Source of the DNA: Anolis carolinensis
Lineage: Eukaryota
DNA: 64,000 bases
NCBI RefSeq assembly: GCF_035594765.1
Contig: NC_085845.1
Location: forward strand, 188,744,897 to 188,808,896
Direction: 5' to 3'
Shown here: positions 53,707 to 64,000 of the stretch, piece by piece
How the letters are laid out: each line of letters starts with the position of its first letter
Numbering within the stretch: the stretch's first letter is position 1
Notes under the pieces: model-generated
What the model was told of the DNA's origin: nothing
Database searches by the model: none
What the model saw: the letters and a program-made list of their open reading frames with translations, nothing else
Program-made: the position numbers and the translations under genes

Positions 53707-53988
53707 AGTGGAAGCAAGGGCAAACCCCTTCCGAACAAATCTTGCAAGGGAAACCTTGTGACAAGGGTGGCTTTAGGTCTCCATAAATCAGAAAAGATTT
53801 GAAGGTACACAGCAGCTGCAACAAATAACAAAACAAGGTGTGTACTGTGCACTTTCCCCTAGGTAAGAATAGGCTGCTGCTCTTTAAATATTGTCGCTTG
53901 CTATCTCATAGTTCAGCCTTGGCAGAAAATACCCAAATATGGTGTACAATGGCACCTGGATTTAAGATTATGCTAGCCATCATTTTAA

Positions 53989-54368
53989 TGTGAGTTTTCC
54001 GGGCTGTATGGCCATGTTCCAGAAGCATTCTCTCCTGATATTTCACCCATATCTATGGTGGCATCCTCAGAAGTTGTGAGACCTGTTGAAAACTGGGCAA
54101 GCCGGGTTTATATATCTGTGGAAAGTCCAGAGTGGAAGAACATTCCCACTTGCCTCCAACAGACAAGAGTTCTTTCTCCCACCTTGGACATTCCACAGAT
54201 ATATAAACCCCACTTGCATAGTTTTCCAACAGACCTCACAACCTCCGAGGATGCCTGCCATAGGTGTGGGCGAAACATCAGGAGAGAATGCTTCTGGAAC
54301 ATGGCCATACAGCCCGGAAAACTTCCAGCAACCCAGTGATTCCGGCCATGAAAACCTTCAACAACACA
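53989..54368. mobile_element. Penelope-like inverted fragment
   Basis: Same family as 14207-14806. Confidence 0.8.
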
Positions 54369-55548
54369 TTGTTTTAATCTTGGGAGCCTGAAACCTTTAG
54401 TTTAATAGCTTTCTCTCCATCACTTCAAATGTAACCTACCTGAGCACTTTATGTACTTTATGTACAATTTAAATATTCTATTTGTCAGTTAAACTATATA
54501 TGTTATATTTTAGCGAAATGTCAGATGTTTTCCTGGTACTTTGCAATTACTAAACGAATCCATAAAGTAATAACCCAAACAAATATGTAAACAAGGAAGA
54601 AAACATTGCAATGTAATAAAAGATAATAGATGTTGCAATTGATGAAATATTGCAATGTTGAAATTTATTGGATATATTGACCAATAGTTCCTACTTGTAT
54701 CTATGCCAATTGATATATAAGATAATCAGTTATATAGTCTAGGGCTAAACATATATACTGAAAACTGCTGATTTTTAATGCAACTGACAAGTCCTGGCAC
54801 GTAAAATTGATGTTGTCTTTAGAAATATGTTTCCATTTAGAATTTTCCAGCCAGTTTGGAACTATCTATGCTGGCTGGGGATTCTGGGAGTTGTAGTCCA
54901 AAAATAGAATTTTCAAGCTCTATTATATGAGGAGATGGATGTCTTGGTATATAATGTTCCTGCTAATATTACATAATGCATGACAAAAGAGAATTGTTGT
55001 AGGCGAAGTTGCTTAAACTAGAATCAGAAGTGTTTGTTTACCTGGCACATTTTCTGGGAGTATAGTCTGAATGTATAGGGATAGTAGTGCATCCTTCAAT
55101 AGTTAGAACAAGCTTTTAATCTAATATTTGATCCATCACACTTTCTCTCCCACATTTGCTGAGTTTTCATGTAGCTACAAATATTCCCTAACCCAACAGC
55201 AGAGCGAGAAGGCATATCCATAAACTCATGTGGGACATGTATTTGTTTGCACTGCAAGTTTACTCATGGGGTTTTTAGTGCAATTTGCTTTATCCAGTTT
55301 CGGTGGGATCTGTGGGGCTGCAGTGGGTGGAGAGAAGAGCATGGAGAGGAGTGGAATCAAAGCAAAGTGTTTGAGGATAAGCATTATCTTTACCACTTTG
55401 GACATGTTCCCATCAAGTATGCAAAAACACAGTTCAATGCTATGCATGCCTCCTTAAGAGCAAGTCCCAGGGCAAGTGCTTTCCTCATGCAAAGCAGAGC
55501 TCTGTGTTATAAATTGGGTGTAAACCCTGCTCTGCCTCTTTTAAATAG

Positions 55549-55552
<4 letters not shown>

Positions 55553-55585
<33 letters not shown>
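55553..55585. repeat. (CA)n microsatellite
   Basis: Direct reading. Confidence 0.9.
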
Positions 55586-55587
<2 letters not shown>

Positions 55588-55673
55588 AAGAAAAATGAAT
55601 CTAACACTGTTTACCAACCCAACAGATTTGCCACTCTGGCAGCTTTGTTTCAGGTTTCAGAAATGGCTTAGGT

Positions 55674-56357
55674 ATGTGTTGTCAAAGGCTTTTATGGCTG
55701 GAATCACTGGATTGTTATGAGTTTTATGGGCTATATGTCCATGTTTCAGAAGCACTCTCTCCTGACATTTCACCCACATCTATGGCAGGCATCCTCGGAG
55801 GTTGTGAGGTATGTTGGAAATTAGGCAAGTGGGGTTTATATATCTGAGGAATGTGCAGGGTGGGAGAAAGAACTCTTGTCTGTTGGAGGCAAGTGTGAAT
55901 GTTGCAATTGGCCAGCTTGATTAGCATTGAATAACCTTGCAGCTTCAAAGCCTGCCTGCTTCCTACCTGGGGGCACTCTTTGTTGGGAGGTGTTAGCTCG
56001 CCCTGATTGTTTCTTGTCTGGACTCAGATGACAGAAGAATTCCAGACTAGAAACAATCAGAGACAACTAACACCTCCCAACAAAGGAAACCCCTGGGCAG
56101 GAAACAGCCAGGCTTTGAAGCTGCAAGACTATTCAATACTAATCAAGCTGGCCAATGGCAATGTTCACACTTGTCTCAAACAGACAAGAGTTCTTTCTCC
56201 CACCCTGGACATTATTCCACAGATATATAAACCCCACTTGCCTAGTTTCCAACAGACCTCACAACTTATGAGGATGCCTGCCATAGATGTTGGCAAAACG
56301 TCAGAAGAGAATGCTTCTGGATCATGGCCATACAGCCTGGAAAACTCATAGCAACCC
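55674..56357. mobile_element. Penelope-like inverted fragment
   Basis: Same family, arms of about 330 nt. Confidence 0.8.
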
Positions 56358-56633
56358 AATGGCTTAGGTAGTTTTTTGAGTCCTGTCTGGTTTGGCCCAT
56401 AGAGCCAAGAACTAGCCAGGCAGGGAAGGAGGCAGAAAGGGGGACAATTCCTGAATCTGGCCTTGAAGCAGTTATGGATGAGAGTTACAGGATCAGAATT
56501 AAGTGAGACTTTTTTCTTCACCTCAGGAGGGATGCTATGGCGATCTCTCATATTAGCAGACCGGGAAGGGGTGGTGGTGGACCAGATTGCCTTTGAGGTG
56601 GCCTTCCTTTCTCTTTCCCAAAAAGTCTATCTA

Positions 56634-57594
56634 CCGTGTTTCCCCAAAAATAAGACAGTGTCTCATATTAATTTTTGCTCCCAAAGATGCTCTAGGTCTT
56701 GAGTCTACACTGCCATATAATCCAGTGCAAATTAGATAATCTGTGGAAGAAGCCTAAGTGAGGCCTAAATCTGCCTGTCCCCTAACTGAACCCTGGCCGT
56801 CCCTTGGCTGAGTTGGTTGCTAGGAGACCAAGTGGGCAGAGATTAGCCCTCTAAACTGGCAGCAATTGGATAAAAACAATTATTGCTCTCCCTCTAATTA
56901 GGACTTTATTTTTCTTTTCTTTTTGTTGTATCAACCTAGAGGCGTGGATGATGGGTTGTGTTGTCAAATTTCGAGGTTGGGGGGCCTGTAGTTTTGTTGT
57001 TTTGTCCGGTGCCCTGATTCCATCACTCTTTTATATATACAGTAGAGTCTCACTTATCCAACATAAACGGGCCGGCAGAATGTTGGATAAGCGAATACGT
57101 TGGATAAGAAGGAGGCATTAAGGAAAAGCCTATTAAACATCAAATTAGGTTATGATTTTACAAATTAAGCACCAAAACATCATGTTAGACAACAAATTTG
57201 GCAGAAAAAGTAGTTCAATATGCAGTAATGCTATGTAGTAATTACTGTATTTATGAATTTAGCACCAAAATATCACGATATATTGAAAACATTGACTACA
57301 AAAATGTGTTGGATAATCCAGAACGTTGGATAAGCGAGACTCTACTGTATATGGTTTGGGATGATACAAATCAGACACTGTCATTGTTATGTTGCTGCTA
57401 TCATAATTTTAAAGAGCTAGTTTTAATTTTTGAATAAGTTTTAATGTTTATATTGGAAAGTGTTTATAAAGGTTGTATATTACTGATGTCATGGCCTATG
57501 GCTAGTACAATAAACAATTCATTCATATATAGATTCAGCAAAACCTCTACTAGGTCTTATTTTCTGGGGATGTCTTATTTTAGGGGAAACAGGG
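56634..57594. mobile_element. MITE family B interrupted by a Helitron-like fragment, a family A MITE and a LINE 3' end
   Basis: Both family B ends are present, with foreign sequence at 56701-57533. Confidence 0.7.
57040..57347. mobile_element. MITE family A (nested)
   Basis: Same terminal repeats, inserted in a TA run. Confidence 0.88.
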
Positions 57595-58432
57595 TATGAA
57601 GAGAAATTTCAGTAGCATAGAAAAGGTACTTGGCTGCTGTTCTATCTGACAAAGCTAGATCTCTTAAGCAGGATGGACATATATGTAAGCTATCCTTCTG
57701 TTGTCCAAATTCCTGTTTACCCCAACTTCTGATTACGTTTATTTGGTTTGTAGAAGGAGATCTTACAAGTAACTTCTTTGTATGTGTGTGTTTTTGTGTC
57801 TCATTACATGCTTGCTTGAGTAGATTTTTGAAATGTATCTAAGGTCCAATTTCATCCCAAAGCTTATCTCCTGTGTATCCCTTAGTTCATTGTTATTTGT
57901 CTTCAAGTAATTTCTGATTTATGGTGACCCTAAGGTAAACTTATCACAGGGATTTCTTGGCAAGATTTGTTCAAATCGGGTTGGTTTTTTCCCTCCTCGG
58001 TGGCTGAGAGAATGTGACTTGTCTCAAGTCACACAATGGTTTCCATGGCTATATGGGGATTTGAATCTTGGCTTGGAGTCATAGTCTATCATTCAGACCA
58101 CAATACCACATGGCTCTCTTTTTGTATCCGTTAGTACTTCTGTATTTGCAAAAGTGTCACTATCAGGAATCATTTCAGATTATTTGTCAGCCTTTCTCCC
58201 TTTTAAGGCCTTAAAGCAGAAATGACATCACCGTCCTTTGATGCTTAGTAACCTATTTTTATGCAAGAAATTGAAAGTGACTGGTATGTACAGACGAACA
58301 ATTGTTAATCTAGTAAGAGAAACTTATTTCCAAAGTATTTCCCCTGTTCCCAAAGCATGGGATTAACATCAAGTACTTGGCTGGAAATGAAGTCACTGAT
58401 TTCTTGTCCACTTGTTCTGAGCAGCACTCTTG

Positions 58433-58610
58433 ATGGGACAAAACTTTGCAATGCAAAAAAGAAGTAAAACACTCCAGCTGGGCGAATATCAGACCATTAC
58501 AGCCGAGGATGAGAAGGATGGGGAAGAAAAAGAAGAACGCAAAGAGGATATTATGGAGAAGTACAACAAGAAACTCAAAGCTATTTGCGGCCTGGCTGAC
58601 TTAAGAAATG
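58433..58610 (+). CDS. USP18: USP18 coding exon 1
   Basis: MGQNFAMQKR...GLADLRN; acceptor at 58424, donor at 58611. Confidence 0.85.
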
Positions 58611-61568
58611 GTACTTCTTTTGCCTTTTGTTCCCTTGGTTGGTTGCCAAGATGGAGTTATGTGTCAGCATGCTAGTCCATTAATCTGCTTGTGTTTTCTC
58701 TCAACTTCACCTGTTAAGGAAGAAAACTGCAAGTAGATGTGTGGTAGAACTGTAAATTGTCTGTATGAAAATACTTTATTTCTGCTTTTTTCCCATTGAA
58801 TCAGGTGGAAGTATGCAGCCCACAATCCATATGTGGCCCATTGAGTAGCCCTATCACTTAGGAGAAAAAAATACACTCCAAATGCACAGTAGCAACACTA
58901 GAAAGCTCCCAATGGCACAGCAGGTTAAACCTCTGAGCTGCTGAACTTGCTGACCAAAAGGTCAGTGGTTTGAATCCGGGGAGTGGGGTGAGCTCCTGCT
59001 GTTAGCCCCAGCTTCTGCCAACCTAGCAGTTCGAAAACATGCAAATGTGAGTAGATCAATAGGTACTGCTCTGGAGGGAAGGTAACGACGCTCCATGCAG
59101 TCATGCCGGCCACATGACTTTGGAGGTGTCTGCAGACAACGCCGGCTCTTTGGTTTAGAAATGGAAATGAGCACCAACCCCCAGAGTTGGACACGACTGG
59201 ACTTAATGTCAGAGGAAAACCTTTACTTTTACGTAACACTAGAAAGCCCTGATTTTCCCTCTTAATGTTATTTTGTGCTTCCAGAAGTCCTAAAGAATGG
59301 AAGCTTTTGCAGGGAAGCTTTGTTTGGGAGTACAGCTGATATAAGCACTTACTGTTGGGCATGCTGGATGGAAGTACAGTAGAGTCTCACTTATCCAACA
59401 TAAATGGGCTAGTAGAACGTTGGATAAATGAAAATGTTGGATAATAAGGAGGGATTATGGAAAAGCCTATTAAACATGAAATTACATTATGATTTTACAA
59501 ATTAAGCACCAAAACATATTTTACAACAAATCAACAGAACATGCAGGTCAATATACAGTAACTTTATGTAGTCATAATTACTGTATTTATGAATTTAACT
59601 CCAAAATATAGCAATGTATTGAAAACACTGACTACAAAAACATTGGATACTAACAAATTGACTACAAATACAGGTAGAATTGCATAAAATGAACTTACAG
59701 TAACAACATTGTCGAAAATTAAATCTGTAAAAAGTTCAGTTCTTGCTGCCTAGAGAAACAGTTGTGGATCCAGGCAGGAGGCAGATTGTGTTGGATAATC
59801 CAGAATGTTGAATAAGTGGATGTTGGATAAGTGAGACTCTGCTGTACTTGGGAATTGAACTCCCCAGCATTCAGAAGGCTCATGTTCTTCATCCCTGTTC
59901 TAAATTATATCAAAATTTAAGGCAATTTGTTTGATCAGACCCCCTCTTGGGGTCTTGTATCTTTATAAGTAGACAAATATCTTCAGGAATAAGAACTGAG
60001 TAGTCCTACAGTGGTAGATGTACAGTTGGAGCAATGTACAACAATGGAAATGATGTGCATGGGTCACATTGTGCATTGGACATCAACTTAGGAGTGCAGA
60101 TATGCTTTCGAACACCCATGCTTTTGTCCCATGACTCATCTTCCCAATTAACTAAAAGAGCTTCTTAGCACCTCCGCCATGGATTTAGTATAAGTAAAAT
60201 TACAACGGGGTAGATGTCAATATATGATTCCAGACATTGTTTTTATATTTTTCCCCTCTGTGCAATTATTCATTTCAGTTAGATGTTTATTTCACATTTG
60301 TGAACTTAGACGTAATGATAATATTTAATTATTTGTACATTTATCATAATCCTATTTACATGGGCATAATTCCTGCTTTTGATTCAATTCAGTGTCAGTG
60401 CTTTTAGGATTGTAACCTTAAATCTGTATATTTCTCTTTGCCTTTCACCACCCAAGTTACACAGTCCACATTTTCCCTGATGTTTTCAGGAGCTGTTGGC
60501 TTGTACAATATTGGATTAAACTGCTGCCTCAATTCCTTGCTGCAAGTTTTCTTCATGAACAGATTCTTCACTATGATTCTGCGGAGGTGAGGGAAAATCA
60601 GGAAGTCTGCTTTTTCACCTCTCACTCAAAAATTAGGAGTTGAAAGTGATCTTGTATCGTGGCTAATGTGCTTAATTTAGAACTGGGAAGTCCTAATTCA
60701 AATATAGCCTTTCTGCTATTTGGTGGCCAGAGACAAAGTTACTATTTTCCAGCCTCACTCTTTCCATCTGCAGTATGGATATATATAAATAGAACAATCT
60801 CAAAACCACAACAGTTTTGTGAGCCTGTGCTACTGTCAAATAGGTGGGATGCCACCACCACCGCCGGTTCTTCTCATTTGGGGTGACTGTTATGTGCAAA
60901 GCCAATTCTTTAATCAGTTGAAACCTTTCAACCATGAGCTGGCAATTTGTATCTCCTCTTCCCATTTTCCACACTAAAATCCACTCCTGTTTATTCTGAA
61001 AATTATAAATGTAATGCCAGAAATACAATTGAGAGTGAGAGCAGGGTTCTTTTGTTGCTCATGTTGTCAGGCAATTTCTGAAGGTGTATTTGTGTTAATC
61101 TGTTGCATCAAAAACAAGAAAGAATTCTGCAGCATCCTTGAGGACAAGCAAATGTATTATAGCAGAAATGTTTATGAAGTAAATTACCATCTACCTGAGA
61201 TCATCCAGAGATCTACCAAGAGATCCAGATCTAGTATGTTTTACTTGCCTCACCGTGTAATGTAGCCAAATAATATGATAAGAGGTTGAGAATGCTTATC
61301 TGAAGTTCCAAAACCCAAAATATTCCAAATTCCACAATTGCCCACATGGGATAATGGCACCTTTATTTTCTGATAGTTTTATGTACACAAACTTTGCCAC
61401 TTACACAAAATTATTTCAAATATTGTGTATAAAATTACCTTCAGGCTTTGTATAGAAGGTGTAGATGAAACATGACTGAATTTCATGTTAGACTTGGGCC
61501 CCATCTCCAAAATATCTTATTATGTATCTGCAAGTATTCCAAAATCTGAAAGAAAAACCTCTGAAATA

Positions 61569-61618
<50 letters not shown>

Positions 61619-62217
61619 GACACAATGATGTTGTATGACACAGCAAACAAGATAGACATGCTGGATTTCGTTTCACAAAACCACAAGTCGAACACTTCCC
61701 AAGTGTCTAGGACTGTGTGATGTATTTTCGGATGATGCGTGCAGATCCCAGCAGGGTGGCCTTTTGCAGTTGGCAGATCGTAATTTTGTCAATGTCTATT
61801 GTTTCCAAATGCCGGCTGAGATCTTTTGGCACGGCACCCAATGTGCCCATCACCACCGGGACCACCTGCACTGGTTTCTGCCAGAGTCTTTGAAGTTCAA
61901 TCTTGAGGTCCTGATAGCGGCTGAGTTTTTCCTGTTGTTTTTCATCAATGCGACTGTCACCTGGGATGGCGACATCAATTATCCAAACCTTGTTCTTTTC
62001 CACAACTGTGATATCTGGTGTGTTGTGTTCCAGAACTTTGTCAGTCTGGATTCGGAAGTCCCACAGTATCTTTGCGTGTTCATTTTCCACGACCTTTGCT
62101 GGTTTGTGATCCCACCAGTTCTTTGCTGCTGGCAGGTGGTACTTGATGCATAAGTTCCAATGGATCATTTGGGCCACACAGTTGTGCCTCTGTTTGTAGT
62201 CTGTCTGTGCAATTTTC

Positions 62218-62270
<53 letters not shown>

Positions 62271-62358
62271 TTGACACAGCAAACATTATTATTATTTTAT
62301 TATGACACAGCAAACAAGATAGATATGCTGGATTTCATTATTATTTTGACACAGCAAA

Positions 62359-62409
<51 letters not shown>

Positions 62410-63964
62410 CTGCATTTCTATACTGCTTTTCTCACCCCTGGGGGGACTCAAAGCAGTTTACAACATAATAAATGGCAAAATTCAATGCCTTACAAATATA
62501 TAAAAATATGGAACACTTCTATGAAATATGAATATGAAATATGGAACACTTCTGGTCCCAAACATTTCGGAAAAAGGGAATTCAATTTGTACATAAATTG
62601 TGTGATGGCATCGAGGCTTTTGATTTCTGTTAAGGCTGATCTCCAAGTGAGCATGGACAGGCTTGCAGCCTTAAAGTTGTTCCTGAGTCTAAAATAAGAT
62701 TATACTTAATGTTTTTTTTCTATTGCAGGATTAAAGTGCCCTTTGATGTTGATGAACAGAAAGCAAGTGTTCCTTACCAGATGCTTCTTCTCTTGGAGCA
62801 GATGCAGCAGAGCAAACAGAAGTCTGTACATCCCATGAATCTCGTCCAGTGCCTCTCAAAACACGATGTGAAATGTAAGCAGCAACTGGAAATAGTTTGT
62901 CCTTACTGGAAGAGGAAGAGATGGCTTGCAGTTGTCCCTCTCCACATGATTAAGGAATGGTATCAAAACATTGCAGTCTAGTAGGGAGTCTGAAACTGGA
63001 GGGAGCACAATAATGAAAGTGGGTGAGAATACCAGCCTTGGGAAGGGCATGAAGGAGCCATACAGATAATATATTGTGTTAAATCCTGGTTGTCATGTTG
63101 TCTCCTTTGCTAGTGTTTGTTCTTTATGATGCTGCTGAACTTTTCCTGATCCTATGGAATCTAATTAAGGACCAAATCACAAGCACAGATTTGGTAAGTG
63201 TTCCTTTTTTCCCCATACAACAACAGATTTTTACTGTGTTGTACCAACTAAGCATGCACCCTTGAGGCAAGGCCAACTAAAGATGGTTGGGATATGTCCA
63301 ACGAACTTCAGTTAGACACTTTCTACCACCCAAAATATGTACATAAACCAAGGAGTCCTGGAGGCTTATTATTTCTGCCCTTGGGACTCATTATTTCAGT
63401 CCCTGGAACCATGAGGGCATCTGAACAGATGGACTCTGTTCTCAGACCAAATGCCATCAATACATGAAGCTACGTGGGAGAGAGAATTTAAAAAAAAAAT
63501 CAAGACTGTAAATATAACTGTGATTGTTATTCTCCTAACTGCTCTGTCCTTGAACTATAAAATTAACTTTAATATCTTTAAAAATCCACTTTCCCAGCTC
63601 TGCCCAAAATAGCAGGCCAGGAATATTGGTTTGGCTACCAAAGATACAACAAGAGGCCAGTTAAAGGAGGAAGGATTTTTTTTCTGAGACAAGGTGCTCA
63701 AGCTTATGGCTTTCTGTTTTGACATTCTCTTCTGTTTTGACATTCTCTTCTTTTTTGAGACAAGGTGTTCAAGAATATGGCTTTCTGTTTTGACATTCTC
63801 TTCCTATTCCTTTTAAGGCTGAAAGACTCACTCATCAGTACACTATTCGACTGAAGGAACATCTAACATGCCAGGAGTGTTCGTGTGAAACAAAGAAGGA
63901 CAGCAACCTGATAATGCTTCCTCTCCACTTGTCTGATTCTGATTCTCATGCATTTAAGAAGTTG
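58433..63964 (+). CDS. USP18: Ubl carboxyl-terminal hydrolase 18, 5' partial, join(58433..58610,60490..60586,62729..62874,63114..63193,63818..63964..)
   Basis: Cys box GLYNIGLNCCLNSLLQVF, SVPYQMLLLLEQMQ, LWNLIKDQIT and a CxxC match USP18; exons join in frame; gene continues past the window. Confidence 0.95.
58904..59232 (+). mobile_element. Sauria SINE
   Basis: A/B boxes, tail, duplication AACACTAGAAAGC. Confidence 0.88.
59377..59844. mobile_element. MITE family A, longer variant
   Basis: Same terminal repeats plus about 150 nt of extra internal sequence. Confidence 0.82.
60490..60586 (+). CDS. USP18: USP18 coding exon 2 (Cys box)
   Basis: 97 nt, GAVGLYNIGLNCCLNSLLQVFFMNRFFTMILRR. Confidence 0.95.
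61618..62220 (-). mobile_element. 5'-truncated R4/Dong-clade non-LTR retrotransposon in a (TAA)n microsatellite
   Basis: ORF 61707-62282 carries restriction-like endonuclease motifs RHN..PD..D..K..Y; flanked by (TTA)n on both sides. Confidence 0.85.
62729..62874 (+). CDS. USP18: USP18 coding exon 3
   Basis: 146 nt, IKVPFDVDEQKASVPYQMLLLLEQMQQSKQKSVHP.. Confidence 0.95.
63114..63193 (+). CDS. USP18: USP18 coding exon 4
   Basis: 80 nt, LFVLYDAAELFLILWNLIKDQITSTDL. Confidence 0.94.
63818..63964 (+). CDS. USP18: USP18 coding exon 5
   Basis: 147 nt, AERLTHQYTIRLKEHLTCQECS...FKKL. Confidence 0.93.
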
Positions 63965-64000
63965 GTAGGTATATAAGGACATGTTTGGAGTTACATCTAT

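Overview
Vertebrate genomic DNA, almost certainly a squamate and most likely the green anole (Anolis), inferred from Sauria SINEs, Penelope, Vingi, R4/Dong, CR1 and many MITEs. It covers the syntenic block known from human 22q11: complete PEX26 (5 coding exons, 15626-21641), two tandem alpha-tubulin genes (a divergent TUBA8-like paralogue at 25850-32112 and the TUBA8 orthologue at 37607-47079), and the 5' part of USP18 (CpG/ISRE promoter near 52100, coding exons from 58433, running off the window). All exon boundaries were read by hand and join in frame with GT-AG sites. There is one 133-nt assembly gap (51772-51904). Most notable points: (1) the intact but remodelled TUBA8 paralogue (Glu-poor tail ending in Val, P72Q, V409I, S419V) whose exon 4 alone looks homogenised with TUBA8 by gene conversion; (2) a 74-bp-arm near-perfect hairpin in USP18 intron 1; (3) Penelope-borne minimal hammerhead ribozyme motifs upstream of the PEX26 coding exons; (4) candidate unannotated minus-strand first exons in the first 9 kb; (5) several nested transposon stacks. 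No database search was run; family names come from recalled consensus features and mismatch counts were made by eye.
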